Below, piece by piece: positions 13,801 to 29,223 of a DNA stretch of 64,000 bases. The first letter of the stretch is position 1, and each line of letters begins with the position of its first letter. Position numbers and translations under genes: made by a program. The stretch lies in NCBI RefSeq assembly GCF_009834535.1, contig NC_045707.1, positions 59,398,001 through 59,462,000 of the forward strand, given 5' to 3'. This DNA is from Camelus ferus. Taxonomy: Eukaryota. Below the pieces are notes generated by a model. It did no database searches and had not been told where the DNA came from. It saw only the letters and a program-made list of their open reading frames with translations.

Positions 13801-16800
13801 ACGCACTACCTCAAAAGAGTGCACACCAAAGATTTTTGTTCAGAGCATGGAGAGATTACCTGTAGCTGCTGGGAATGACTTTCTGGTGGCAGTATTGCTT
13901 CCTATGAACCCTTTATTTTTAAGATTAGGTAATATTTTAATGGTTAAACATAGAAGAAGAGCTTTCCACATGGAGGAAGAACAACCAAAGACAGAAACAC
14001 AAAACTATGATACCCATGCAGGAAAGAACTAGTAATATATGCTTTGTAGATGTAAATAGTGGTAAGCAAGTTGGAAAGGAAAGTCTGCAGCCTTGAATGA
14101 TTGTAAGATTACTGGACTTTTCCTGCTGACAGTGAAGAAACACTGGCTGGGAGATCTGAGTAATGCAGTCAGAATCGTGATTTCCAAGTATGGTAAGTAC
14201 ACTGTGGAGGAGGAAGACAAACCGGTCAAGAGAATAACAAAGTTGCTGAAGCCAAGAGACACTGTGGGACTCAAGAGGGGTAACAGAAGCATGGGTAGAT
14301 TTTTGACCTAGTGCAGAAAGCAAGGGGGAACACTGCAGGATTTTATTAAAGTGGTGAGATTTTAATTATGAAAAGACACCCTATTTCCATGGAGTGAAAG
14401 GATTAAGTAGGGAGAGAGAAGAGAATTGAACAGAATTTGTAAATAGGGCAGTTAGTACACAACTGCAGTAGCTGAAGTGGTGGGATGTTTATTTGGGTAG
14501 GAGGGTGGTGGTAGTGGAGATGGATGGAAGGAGATGCATGGATGGTAATATTTTCAGAGTTGAAATTGGCATTTCTAAACATGTATATTTAGCATGCTAA
14601 GGGAAACATATTTGTAAGCTAATACAAATGTCTACCATATGGGAGAGTGGGCATGGCTAACAGTGTCCAACTGGAGTCAGTACAAGTTGGAACGGGGTAG
14701 AGGGTGAGGGGGAGTCATCCAGATGAGAACAGAATTGAGAGACAACAGAATGCTGGGGGATATTTTCAGTTACTGGCAGGTGAAGGAAGAGTGGTCAGTG
14801 AAAGAGACTGAGAAGGAAAGGTGAGAAGGAAAGCAGCAGAATAGTAATCAGGAAAATCAGAACCATCTCCGGAAAGGGGAGACTAATTATAGTAATTTGC
14901 TATGTCTAGATCAGAAGAAAGAGAGAAGAAGATGATAAGGAAGAAGATGATAAGGAAGAAGATGATAAGGAAGAAGATGAAGAAGAGGAGGAGGAGGAGG
15001 AAGAGGAGGAAAATGAGGAGAAGTAAAAGGAAGGGGAGAGGGAGGAAGGAAGCGGGAGAGAGGAAGCAGTGGCCACAAAGGGCACTGAATTTGGCAATAA
15101 AGAAATCACTGGATGATTCTGGAAAAACAGGGCCATTAGATTCTGTTATGGTTCTCTCTGATCTTGAGAAGGGTAGTAGACCCCTTTGGGAATCTAATGA
15201 AAGCTATGGACCAGTCCCAAGTAGAAACAGGCATACACAAAGAATTTACTCACATAACCTGAGTTTTTTTCCCAAACTCTTTTGAAATCACTTCCTGCTC
15301 CCCACTCTAGCCTAACTGGGGTAAAATCTTAGATTGACACATTGATTCATTAGCATTAAAAGTTTCATGTCCAGGATCTACTCAGGCAGCAGAAAACAGG
15401 TATATCTACCAGATGGTCACAGATAATGAGATGAAACCCACACTTTGAAAATATACACAGAACACAGCAGTTATATAAAACCTGTTGATCACTGCTTTCT
15501 CTGGTTTTGACTCTAGACACCCTCAAAATGAATCTGCCAAGTCCAGTATTCTGATCTTTCCCCACCTAACATTCCAAGTGGCTTCTGCTGGCCACATCGT
15601 CTTTGCTAAATCCATCTCGAGCCTTCTGGGCCCGCTATATCAAATGTCACAAAGTGTAACTGTTTATGTGTCTTGCTCTCAATCAACATATTCCAGCTGG
15701 CAGCTCAAGAGAGGGCTTGAAGAGTGGGAAGAGGTTCAGAACGTAAAATGCAGAAGGCACCAGACATGTGAAAAGATGTTTTTCTCTTTGATGGTTTATT
15801 GTTCAATTTTTTTTTGGAATCGATGAGCGCTATGTGGCTCGGTTCCTTCAGAGCCATCTACGGCACAGCATAAAGAACGTCAACAGTTACCCAGCTACAG
15901 TTCTCAGGGAAAGAATTTATTATTTCATTCACACTTTGCGTTAGTAAGTCTACGGTTAGCTGCTATCCCTCCCACAATGCAGCTTCTCATCCCTCTTGCT
16001 CTACACCGCTCTCATGCACCACACCCACCCCTCCCTCCAAAAAGTGTGGATTCTCTGACAATTTGGCAAGAATTGGCCAAATTCTCTGGCCACGACTCAG
16101 TATTCAGCATTACTGACCATTCATCCATATCCAACAAACATAAAGAAACCATAAATATTTGTTGGTTGTATTTTGCGCTTCCTTGGTGATGAATGTTAGG
16201 TGATTTGTCCATGGACGTCTTTCTACTACTGTTTGCTAGCATTATTCGTTTTGTTCAAACGCTCTTGGCCTGCCTTATTTTTCATTACTCTGTAGTAACA
16301 AAAATTAAACAGACCTAATAATGGCACATGTGACTTTATTCAGAAAAAGCAGAAAACAGGAGTGCTGAAAATATTTGGTCAAATTTTAAAGGACACATAT
16401 AGTATCGATTAATAACATCTCCAAGCACTAAGCATTTTCACTGAAACAAGAATAAATAATATATAACAGTGGATTTTGGGGTGAGGCAAATTTTATAATT
16501 AATGTAAGTTAATCTACTTAATTTTAGCATGTCAAATTACACCTGATGAAGTCCAAATCAATCTGTTTGATTCAAAACTTCACTTTAAGCGATTCTCCAA
16601 CTTTATCAAAATGCTTGTTGCCTCTGATAAATCTGTTCTTCTATTTTTCCAACCACTTTTTTTTTTTCCTATCATAAAGGAAGTCACTTCTAAAGAGTTC
16701 TATCAACATTAAGGAAAAAAACCAAAGAGAACCCCAAGGGCAATGAAGAGATGTCAATCCTTTTATCATTTTGGATGAACATAAAACAAAACATGTTAAA

Positions 16801-19800
16801 AACTTTTACATAAAGATATGAGGAGACCCAGCATGCACCGGCAGCACTAAACAGGCCGTAGGCTGAAGCAAACAATTGGGCTCTTTCTACCTCTACTGAG
16901 AAGAGAGTTAAATATTCTGCCTCAGGGGCCATGTCTCTCTCAGTTGAAATGAGAATGGGGGATTCAACCGCAATCTGAATAGTGCTGAGTTCCAGGGAAA
17001 TGTTCAGAATGCACGAGCTGTATTCATTTAACAGCAGGAGATCCCATTGGGCTTCATATACATATTTGTTCTCCTTGAAACATACAGGTAAGACACTTGA
17101 ACAAGGGTCTCTGTGTGTGATGGGGTTAGGTGGTCTATATGGGTCTGTGTGTGTTTGTGTAAGAAACCCTCACTGGGTCAAGGGCTGTAATTGCTAACTG
17201 CAGGCAACACTTACACTGTACCTGCAACTATATACTGTTCTCTCGTCTCCCTGCTTCTCTCTCTCTGTCCCCCCCACCCCCCAACACAGACACACACACA
17301 CTGATTTAGTCTTTGCCACAACCCCACTATTTTTCCCATTTTACAGCTGGGAAAACTAGAGCACAAGGAAATGCAACAGTCGGCCCCAGGTCTGATAACT
17401 GGTCACTGGATGGACTTAATAAACTCCTCCTTTAACAATTTTTTTGTTCGCTAAACTGTCTTGTTTATTTCAAGAATCCAGTGGATCTGGGTTGCTTTTA
17501 GGAGATATATTTCTTTTCTAAAAATGTGCAGGCCTGAGGTTTTCAGAAGGCTGGACCAGTCTGGATCCTCTAGCCAGGTTATCTTTGGACATATAACACG
17601 ACCCAGTATCGCCTAGACTATGGGACGTATTGCTTATAAGAAGTGCAGTTTCCTAAGAGGACCTTAGGTTGCACTGACTGAGAATGTAATGAATAATTAT
17701 TGGCAAAAATAGGCCAGTGTGAGGAATGTGTGAGGCACTGACTATCTCCTTTTTAGGATTCTTTATGTCACTCAGAATCTACGGAAGTACTGGCTGGTTT
17801 TACAGCCCCTCATGCTTGTTTAAGAGCTAAAAATGTTCAGGATGATTATGATGGTACATTAGACCTTTGCTAAAGGTAAAATGGAATATTGTTCAGTTTC
17901 CCAAGGTTCCTAAGCAGAAATCCGGTAGAAACACAACATAAACAAACTGCTGCTCTCAGAATTTCTGCCTAGAATATATTAATTATACCCAAATCCCCAT
18001 GGCTGCAATGCCCGAGTTAATTCCTCCTTCTTTATTTTGACCCAGATCGAGTACTGACTTTGTATAAACCTCTGATTCCTCCAGCAAGAGCTATCCTGGC
18101 CTCTTGCTTCTAGAAGCATTTGCATGGCTCTCTTTCTGCTCTCACCCTTCCTAAATGGATGTCTAAGAGCGATCAGACAAAAGAGATTGTCATTTTCTTC
18201 TGTCCATTCCCAAAGCTCGTGAAGTGCCTGATAACTGAAATGTCAGTGTGCACTCTTGTTCGAATTCATGAAACAGGGTTTCGTAATTCACCAGATTCCC
18301 ATTTAAGTCAAAGAGATGATGTTTCCACGGACGATATGGAAGGCTTCTATAATCTTGAAGCCTAGTTGCTTAAGACCCTTACTGACCAGCAGCAGTAGTT
18401 CTCTGAGGAGTCTGTGACTTACCTTGCTAGACTTGTGGTCCACATTAAAAGTGGCAATTGCATCCTCCATCTTTTTCCTTCCGGATTTGGTTATTACATA
18501 TTCGGCAAGTTTGTTAGCTAAATAGGTCTTTCCAGTACCACTAGGTCCCGAGAGTATAATTCTGTGATGCTCCATCAACAAGTTAAAGTACCTTTGGGTA
18601 ATTGGCTTAGGAATCAGCGTATCAAAAACAAAACTGTCCAAACTGTTGTCTTCTACCCCTGAGGGAGAAACAAAGGGGAGAGCGTGACTTAATGTCCTAC
18701 ATACACTAGAATTAAAAAATGTAGCGTCAACTGGCAACAGGGCTTTGTTAGCCGGAGGAAGGCAGTCCTTGCAAAACACTTTCTTTGATATTTCTAGCCC
18801 ACAAACATGTGCTACTATTTTAAGACACAAAACATCAGTAATGAAGCAGAGCGAACGTCCCAGTGAAAGCCAGCCCTTCCCTTTTGTTCGGGTTTCCCTC
18901 CACTGTCTACTTCAAGTTTCTCACTGAGGTTTCCAGAGAGAAATGGAAGCATTACTATGAATTCTATCAACACAACCTTCCTTCCCTTTGAAGGTGGCAG
19001 TTTTGTTAAGAATAAGTGCAAAGATTAAAATGAAACATATAAATGTGTGTCATGGTCTTCTCTTTTTCTTCCTCTTTTCTCCTTCCTCTTGATTTCTCTC
19101 TTTCTCTCATTACACATCCCAGTTGCACAGCCCCTTAAACTTTTGAAGAATATGAATTGTGATATTTGGCAAGGGATTAAGAAGGAAAGCAACAGTATCT
19201 CCTTTTATGAACCCAATCACCTGAATCATGAAATCAAATATTGACCAACCTGTCTATTAATATGCAGTTTATATAGACGTATTCTGACTCTGACATACAT
19301 GAACAAGGAATTACATAGACAAGCATACTTTAGATATTCCACTTGCCTAGAATTAAGCACATTATCCAAAGCAAAGAGAATCTCATCCCTGGTGCTTAAC
19401 TTCCATTCTCCTTCCCCAGTGGGTATTTATTGGTTATACGTATTTTAAAATTAAAGATACAGTGGTGAATATGTTACCAAGGAACATGCCATAAACTTTC
19501 TGAATCTTCCCTAAATGAAAGATGACAGTGAAGAAAACCTAGAAATTTGCTAAATCACATTCTTTTTTGTGAGTCTTGGAGAATCTTCAAAATTACACCT
19601 CAAAACTCAAAGAGTTCCATTTACTTGGATTTGTGTGTTTTTAGTAGGATTTTAGTGTTTTAAGTATAAAGATGGTTCATTTCCTACCAACATTGAAAAG
19701 TGGTTAATTAGTTTTCAAATATGAACATTGGAAGGAAAACTGCAAAAAAGAAAAAAAAAGAAATATTGGTAAAAAAAAAAAACACAGTTGTGCTTTTCTT

Positions 19801-22800
19801 TCTACTTTTACCTTTCAGATTCACAGTGATAATATTATTATCGCCAACAAGGTATCCACAAGGCAGGAGTTCAGGCACTTCTAGGCTGTGAGATCTGATT
19901 AAATCTCCTATACAGTAGCTGGCAATGCAGTCAGAACTGAGACCAAGGCTAGTGGATGTATCAATTCGGAACACATATTCCTAAAATGGTGTACACAGAA
20001 AAGGAAAGTCAAAACAGAGTTCCAGCTCCTCTACGACAAATACAAAATTCATGGAGATGTGAAGCTAGCAGTCAAGAATTTTAGAAACAGGTAAAATCAG
20101 AACTATGAATATCAAACGGCATAGGAGAGAAAGCTTCCCTTAGTGTTCGGAATAGAGGAGCGGGAAAACAGATTTATCAATGCCGTTGAAGCTGAGGAAA
20201 GTGTCCAAAGCGAAACACATTTGAAAACTCATATCAGGATACTTTGCACAGCTTACCTTAAAGAGACGTCTAATCACACCGTCTAAGACATCCCACTTGG
20301 TTTTTCCACTAACACCAATGGATCCTATCAAATAGGCCTGAGACTTCTGGTCCTAAAGGAGAACAAAATAAAACAAGATAAAACCCAGCCGTGTGCCCTG
20401 TCTTATTACTACATCTTCTACTAAGTCATATTAATAGAGTGGTAATTAACACTAAAATATGTATGAAGCCTATGGGGTTTATAATAACAAATATACACAG
20501 TGGGTTATATAAAATACAAAATACCCCAATCAACCAACAAACCAGTCAACCAAAGAAACAAAGTAACAGTAATAGCAACAAAAACAAGAAGAAAAGTGGT
20601 ATGGTCAAGGAAAACGGATTCATGCATGACCTGTTCAGCAGAAGGGAAAAGGACCAGGGGAGAAGGGTCTGCCCTTTTAATGCAGTGGGTGCATCCGGAG
20701 AAGCAGCAGCTTGGTAGGAGAGAAACGGTGACAGAGATGGAATACAACTACACCATAAGTCCTAAGACTTCATCTCACTATTGTTGTGATCTTATCTTTG
20801 TTAAGTCTAAATCTCAGGGTTTTGTTTTTTTTTTTTTTTTTTAGATTATCTCTAAAATCCAATCCAGCTTTGGAAAACAAGTTATCCACGGTAGTATGGC
20901 ATTCACATATTTACAAGACAGGTCCCATTTTGAATGTCCAGGAAAATTTAATATTTAAAAGGACTTGCCAAAGAATCCTACTGGACTTACTTTGCCAAGC
21001 AAAGAAATCCTTTACTTATATTAATATTAAGAATTCCTTTATTTATATTAATAACGGTCCCAAATTTATCTTTCTTGTAGGATGAGATTTTGAGGAATTG
21101 CTACAAGGTACAGAAAAATAAACAACTCAAGATTTATAGACTAACTGAAGCCTCTTTTATGTTGACTGGAATGGTGACATGAGACAGTGATCATGATACC
21201 AGCAGATGTAACTAGATAGTTGATGTATCACAACTCTGGCTCAAGGAACCAACTTGCATTGTCCTTAAGAGGTGGCAGAAAAATAAATGAGCCAGGTGTT
21301 AGAAGACATGGATTCTACAACACACAACATCTACCATGTAACTAAGAAATGTGACATTAGGTTAAGTCACTTAGCCGACTCAGAGCCTCAATTTCTTCAT
21401 CTGTAACATTTAACTCTATAAGGGTAAATGATTATCACCATTGTTTAGATATAACCTGACTAGAAGCCAATATTTTTTACAGAAAAAAGTTGAGAAATTC
21501 ACAGCAAAACCATTGTTATGATTTTAACTACTGTTATAGACAACATTTGTGTCTCCCCCAAATTCATAACCCTCGATGGGATAGTATTTGGAAATGCAGC
21601 CAGCAAGAGGTAACAAGTTAGATTAGGCCATTAGAGTGGCTCTCTCGTCATGGGACTAGTGGCCTTCCAAGTAGGTGACGTAGGGTGGAGATCTCTCTCC
21701 CTCCCCCCAAGTACATGCACTGAGGAAAGACCATTTGAGAACATAGTAAGGAGGCGGCCATCTGCACCCCAAGGACAGAGCCCTCACCAGAAACAAAATC
21801 AGCCAATACCTTGATCTTGGACTTCATGACTGTGAGAAAATAAATTTCTGTCGTTCAGGTCACCCAATCTATAATATTTTTACCATAACCCAAGAAAACT
21901 AAGATAACTACTTTCTCATGTTCAAAAATATTGCCTTTTAGAATTATTTTGAAAAAGAAAACTTGTTTTCCAGTATTATTATAACTGACTCAAAATGGAC
22001 ACTCATACAGTGCTTTAAAGTAGCTGCTTTTAAATTAGAGATAATTTAAGCTTCACCAAGGCTATTATAGTCCTTTGCATAAAGACCCACTTGAGAAATT
22101 CAGGCACAGATTTGCAGCTCAAGCAGAAAGTTTGTGACACTAGAATTCTTGGAGTATTTGTTCAGTGTGAAAATTCTCATTTTTCAAACTTAAATACTTC
22201 AATTATTTCAAAATTCTAAGTAATTTTCTGTTTTTCTTTTTGATAAAGACAAATCGTGGATACTTAGAAATTTTCACTTTTGTCTACTCAACTACAATCT
22301 GAACTTGAAATCTTTTAGTTTTAAGAAGAGGCTGGAGTCAGAATGCCCTTGTCAATTTGAAGGTGATATTTAACTCCAGAAAAATTAGAATACTTGCCTT
22401 ATCAGCTAAGAATTTCCTTAAAAATGATACACACAAGTAGCATCAATGGAATTCGTCACACTGAGTTCAAGAAAATATATCTTTCCCAGCTCTAGACCAC
22501 CCACATAGCTTGTGGTCTTGTCTTTGTGCGAAGACTGTACTGACAGCTTCAGCGACATGTTACTAACACATTATAAATATGAACTGTGTTCTTTAAGTGG
22601 CATTGAAGGAGTAAGGTAGACAAGATGTTTATGTCAGAGCAAGCAATGTGTTTTTTTTTAAGTTTTAGAAATGAGAGTGGCTGATCAACAATATCATTTT
22701 CAGTGAAGGAACATGATGTACAAAGACACATCTATGTAGACAATGATGTCATTTCTTGAGTCCCTAACTTTTCATACTTTTATAATATATTAAAGCCAAT

Positions 22801-25800
22801 GCAAGACAAAACACTGCTGATGCCATGGGAGGAGGGTATAGCTCAGTGGTAGAGCGCATGCTTAATATGCACGAGGTCCTGGGTTCAATTCCCAGTACCT
22901 CTGTTAAACATAAAAATCAATCAATCAATCCAATCCATCCATCAATCTAATTACCCCCCCAAAAAAATTAAAGAGAAAAAAAAAAGACTGAGACGCTGCT
23001 GATAGCATATTGGCCAGGGCAAGTATACATATTTAAATGTGTTTGATTCATGGTCATTCTCATCTTTTAGTAACAAAGAATGTAACAGCAGAGAAATACC
23101 TTTGCTCGACCGTAGCCCTTGCTTATGGAAACTACAATTTTCACACTGCGACCATCTTTATGTCCCGTTGCATCACCGGCATCATCGAGCAGAATATCTA
23201 CCAAATTTTCAAAGAAAACACACACACACAACAGAGTCATGTTAGCCTGGAGCTGCTGACTGTCACCATTTTCTCCCTCCTAGTTTTATATCTTTTGGTG
23301 GGAATATTGAGCTTTCCTGCTGTTAATTCCAATCTAACTGGTTGGAAAAATCTCAGCTTTCGAGAAGGTGAATGACTATGGTTGGGTGAAAGTTTCTATC
23401 TAAGACTGTGTTTCTGCTTTCAGTAGCAGTCACCCAAGTTTTGGGCCATTGCCTATAGATGAGGAAATCAGGGGTTTGTTTTTCTATTACACACGGGTCT
23501 GAGTAATACCAAAGCAATATTCAGTTGCCGTTATAACTGACAAACTGAAAAGCAATCTGATTTTTCTATCCAACCGAAAATTCCCAAGCTCGGTACCCAT
23601 GTAATTATGAATGCAAAGGTGCTGAGACTGACTGTCAACTGAAAGCATTCTCAAGCATTTGGCACATATGCAGCTATATCACTGTGTGCCTTGTATCTAT
23701 AATTATTAGGTAATGTTACTGACTTTCAACCACACCATTCTACTTCCCTACAGAAGTATATTAATTGTCCTACTCTCCTGCCCCCTTTATGCTTATAGTT
23801 TCAAAACCAAAACAGTATTTCCAGTAATGAGCTAAGAGTTATGGAAACATGATAAAGCTAGCTGACCTTTAAACCACCAACCTTTAAATGTGGCTAAAGA
23901 TTAAGTTTCAAAATACATTATATGAGCTTAATATACAGTTTGGAGAATTATTGTGGCAAACTATCCCACATGTATGTTTTCCTTTGACAAGAAAGCTATT
24001 TAGAGCCGTGTTTAATATGAAGATAATATTCTGCAGACAAAGGAAGCTTAGTTACGTGTTTAAGAGCACATGTGCCTGGTGACAGAGGATTCAACTGCTC
24101 AAATTGTACACTTATAGAGACAAGGACTGTGACTGTACCATTATAGAAACAACAATTTAATCGAATGGCTTCAGAAAATGAAATAGTTTCATTATTTTAA
24201 TAACAAAGAATATGCAGTTTCACAAAGGAAAAAGTAAAAAAAAAAAATCTTAACATCATAACCATCAGAAAACACACTTAGAGTTTGAGGAATATGGAGA
24301 GTTTTGCTAGAAATTTTTAAATCATCAAAGACAATCTCCTTTACTGGAACTTACTTATTTTGCTAGATGAGCATCCTCTCAGTCTCTCACCTTTTTGCCA
24401 GTGCCACTCAAAATTCTTCCTTAAGGGTCAAATTCTCTTCTTGCTCTTTTTCTCAAAAGTTTAGAGCGGCTTATCATTCACATCTAAATATCTAGTAGTT
24501 CATGATCGAATTACCACTTTAGTACTTTGCTCAATTATTTTTAGATGTTCATAAATATTTAAAAATATTTATTTTAAATAATAATTTATTAAGCATAAAA
24601 GAAATCTGGAACTGTGCTGGGCATTGGGAATAAATACTATGGCGAGAAGGGAGATGAATTCCATGCCCCTTTGGAATATACACTCTCAACAAGGTACTCT
24701 CAGAATGTTTTAAGTGCAAGAGATAAAGGGCACAGGGCAGTGAACAGGGGAGCTGAAGGGAGCCTGCTCTAGGTAGACAGGCCATCCTGGAAGGCTTCCT
24801 TGAGGAGGTGGTGTTTGGGGATAAGACCAGGAGGCTGAGAAGTGCTAAGCAAGTGAAGACCTAGGAAGAGGTCAGTCAACAAGAACAAAGGCAAAAGCTT
24901 TGATGAAAGAGGTGAGTGTGCCCAAAGAACAGACAGACAGTTGGCACTGGGAGCGCAGAGACCCAGGGGAGTTGGGGAGGTGTGAAATGATCCTGAGGTG
25001 GGTAAGGGCCAGATCTGTACAGCTTGGTATCCAGAGCAGCAGTTTAATTTGATTTCTGATCCACTTATCTGTTCAAGTTTGCCTTAGAATATGTTATTCA
25101 TTTCATGTCGTGCTTACTCTTAAGAACTATGCTTAAAATATAAAATATCTTCTGACAGCAGTGGGGTAAATATTTACCCCAAAATGAGTGAATGCCTGTC
25201 CTGGATTCTTGCGTAGGCGAATATAGCAAAATGAATATAGTAGTTAAAAGGCCAGGCATTGGAATCATCCACACCTGCCTGGGTTCAAATATTAACTCTG
25301 CCACTTATTCGATGCATGCCCATGAGCAAATTATTATAGTCGCTTTCCCAAGTCTTGGTTTCCCCATCTGTAAAATGGGGCTCAAACAGCATCTGCTCCA
25401 TGGAGTTATTGAGAGCGGGCTAGACAATGGGCTTAAAGCACTTTATCCTCAGCGTTTAGTAAGTTCAGCTGTTCTGACTTTATTCCTTTTCTCTGGGTGT
25501 TTATTCTAACTCGCTCTATTGACAGTAGGGGGAACACATCAGACTCACTCTGGGTCTCCCCCTGATCCCAGTACACTGATGGGATGGTCACCCGAAATAA
25601 CAACTCCGAGGTAAACCAAATAAGCAAGTTTGAGGTAAGGGTCCTCTGTGGATTTTTTTTCATGGAAAATAAGTTACAGTCCTCTGTCAACATTTTGAAA
25701 AAAGAATAAAAAAGAGCTGCCATTCCGGGTATGCTTAAAAGTGAAATTTGGACAAAAAACTGAAGGCTTTTCAAACTTCTGTCTTCACTGGGGGTATGGT

Positions 25801-28800
25801 ACCTGCATGTCAGGAACTGGACATTTGTCAATTATCCTCTCTCTTGCCTACTTCATTTTTTAAAAAATTAATCATGAACTCTAGAAAGTTTTTCTGTTAA
25901 ACAGCTCCAGCATAAAGGCACTTTGATTTCCAATTGTGAGCCCACTAAACAAGAGTGAAGGCAATGAAAACAGTATCCTCATCATGTGATTAAAAGTTTT
26001 TTAGTTTAGACACAAGTACCATGATTGAAAAGTAATTGAGGAAATAAAATAATATAGGACTGAAAAATAAATGATGAAATGGACAATTAAAAAGCACATT
26101 TTCAAAAAAAAAAAAATCCTCCCCCCAACCAAACTGCCCCAAATTCTGGAGTCATGGCCATCAGTATGTTTAGTTCAATGTACACAGAAATTGTAAATTT
26201 AATTTCTTTGATTTTATATTTATCTTTATGAGTTCTAGTCTTTCCTAGACATGAATTTTAGTTTCATTTTTATATGGTTGTTTCTCCTAAACTACTTTCT
26301 GTACTAAATTTGCCTCATTCAAACCTTATCTTATTTCCATAGGCTAAAACAAAATCATGTTAACAGGCAGTGAAATCTATATTTTAGCATAATTTAAGGC
26401 AAGCTGTGAAGTTTCTCAGTTCTATAACGGAATCTGAAATCGCCAAGAACATGTATATTTGGTTTCCAAGCGTCATTAAGCTGTCCTGTGAGATAACAGC
26501 CTTTGTCTTTCCTTAGAAGTGAAGCCCCAGGACACAGGCAGACACTGACTGCCACTAGGTGTGGCTCCTACTTTACCTCTCAGGCTCATCACCAACAGAC
26601 AAGCCAACCAACAGGATGCTATTCTGGACTCTCAGATTCTCTGCATTTAAAGTTTTTGTTCTGTCTTTTTCTACCATCTTTTGAAGAGTGTGGACAATAG
26701 ACAATTTACACATTCAAGTTACTATCATTTTTTCAGTTGTATTTTACCTAATGATTCATAAGTTCATTTCATTATGACATCTCTGTTGTTTCTTAGCTAC
26801 TAATACTTGTTTTCCTTGGTGTTTATTCTCAGAATTCATTTCCCTGCCCCAAATGCCTGCCAAATGGTATAAACACTGTTTTTATGAATTTCAGGAAATT
26901 CCTACTTGCCTTTTATAAGAAGAAAGCAAGTATACATTTGGGCCATTCATTTTATATCATGAAGGGCAGATAAAATAGAATTTTTAAAAAATTCTGACTC
27001 TTTAGAAGCAGGAGATACTATTTGTTAAAAATAGCATCAATATCAGCATGTTGTATCTCTGTTTCTCTTCTTCATTTTCATCTTCTTTTTCTGTATTTTA
27101 GAATAATTTAAGGCAAGCTGTGAAATTTCTGTTCCATAATGGAATCTAAAAATTGCCCGGGAACATGTATATGTGGTTTCCAAGCGCCATCTAGCGGCTG
27201 TACTTTGCAATGACCACAGATCCTCCTGTAAATCGTTCCTAAACTGTCTTATATACATACAATGATTCAATGCCATAGGAGCAGTTCTGCTTTATTATTG
27301 AACAGTTCATCAGCTGTTAAGACAACATTATGCCATGCGATTCTCTTTTCAATTGAATAAAATTGTATCCCTGTTCCATCATTAGTACCACTGCTGAATA
27401 CAATAATAGAATCCAGTGTGTTCTTTCTGTTTGTCAAAAATTTAACAGAGCTGCAGTCTGAGTGATGGAGTAGCATTATGTTCTCTCCGGGAACTATCAT
27501 GCACGATCATCTAGTCGAATTTAGGAAGAGGTCCTGATACACTTGTAAATGGGCTTCGAGCACTTAAAATACTGTAAAATTGCATGGGGTTATAAGTATT
27601 CTATTCACGAGTACTAACAATCATCGCTAAGCATATTATGTCTTCATCCTACTTGTAAGCATGGCGGAAGTGCTTTTCAAGCACGGGTAACTTTTTACAA
27701 GGATGATATGAAAATCACATTTCTCAGTATTCCCCTCTTGCATGCACAACGTTCTTTTAAAATTATAACGCTGCAGAGTAAATTTATAAGGGGAAAAACA
27801 GGACTATTTCTGAGGATGACGGCGTTAACGGTTTGAAGAGGGCACGGGTGAGAGCTGCGGTGGGTCAGGCTCTCCAAATTCCAGATCTCCCCCCTTGTTA
27901 AGTCACAGGCAGGTATGTGCACAAATTCACCTGAGGTAACAGACTCCGTGATGTTCAGATTGTTCAGAGAAAGCCCCAGCGACTGTCGGGACGATGAGGA
28001 GGAGGTGCTGCTCGAGGACTCCGACGGGGGCCGAGCAGGCTTCACTGCGTTTCCGGTTTCCGCCTTCAGCCGGTCATTTTCAGCCTTCAGGATTTCAATC
28101 TCGTTCTGTTGGGAAGATGGAGAACATGAAAAAGATGAAGGCAGCCTGACTGAGAGAAAGGTACCGACTCTTTTGACAGAGCTAATGAGTTTGTTCATTA
28201 AATAAAGCACATGGTGATACGTTCAATAAACAAATACACATTAGGAAAACAGGATTTTCTTCCAAAGAAGGAAAAGTAATCCTTTTCTCTGTCGCTCACA
28301 TCCACTTACTCAGGTATTCACAAACATAGACACACTGTTAGAATTTTTTAATAATTTTTCTGACTCTATCATATATTTGAGGAGTTTTCCAGGACGAGGT
28401 CTCATTTGAATTAAGGCTAACAACTGAAGAGTTCATAACACTTCTCATTTTAAAAGTGCTGTTAAAATCTCATCCTAGCAAACAATGCCATTTGTAATAC
28501 TCTGAATTTAAGGAGAGTTGAAAGCCAAGAGCAGAACAAAAGAAATATAAAGAAGGTGATTGAAAATGCTTACTTCAGCATCCCAGCTAACGTTTGAAAA
28601 GGTTTCTGTTCCTTCAAAATGGGGCACTAAGCTCATAAAAACAACAAAAACCTTTTGATGAATATACATGGTGGTAGATGAATCTAGTCAGCAATGAGCT
28701 TTTCCTGTTTCAGTCACCTGTGGTACCCAGTGGTTATTGGTTCACAGTAAGAAATGAAAACTTGGTCTGAGTGCAGACTGGTTCTGAATTTAGGCTTCAG

Positions 28801-29188
28801 AGGCTTCCAAGAAACACAAAAGCTTGACTTTTACAGATGGCATTCTCCATCACTTTTACTTTCATATTTAGAAAGCTCGTGCTCTATTTCTGGAGTTTCC
28901 TTGTTGCATTTGTTTTTCAATACAAAATAGGTAAAGGTATTTTAGAGTCAAATTTCAAAGGAATAGAAAAAAAGTTAACATAAAGGTAAACCCTGGAAAA
29001 GTGAAGAAGTGAGGGCTGTGGAAGTTTCTCTAAAAACTTAGCTCTCAGTGAGTTCAATCACTAGTACAAGTGTCTTTCAACAGTCCTTGAGTGCAACTGG
29101 CCAGGTTTGGGAAAACCTGGATTTGACAAAATTCTCCATTCCGTCTCGAGAGATGAGCTGCAAAGACTGAATAAACTGAGGACATTTC

Positions 29189-29223
<35 letters not shown>

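Noticed and set aside
14902..15285. 127-aa protamine-like basic ORF
   Set aside because: It is the translation of a purine-rich simple repeat.
22827..22900. Apparent tRNA gene (also 30435-30507)
   Set aside because: Followed by a microsatellite/A tail and flanked by TSDs, so these are SINE heads and not tRNA genes.
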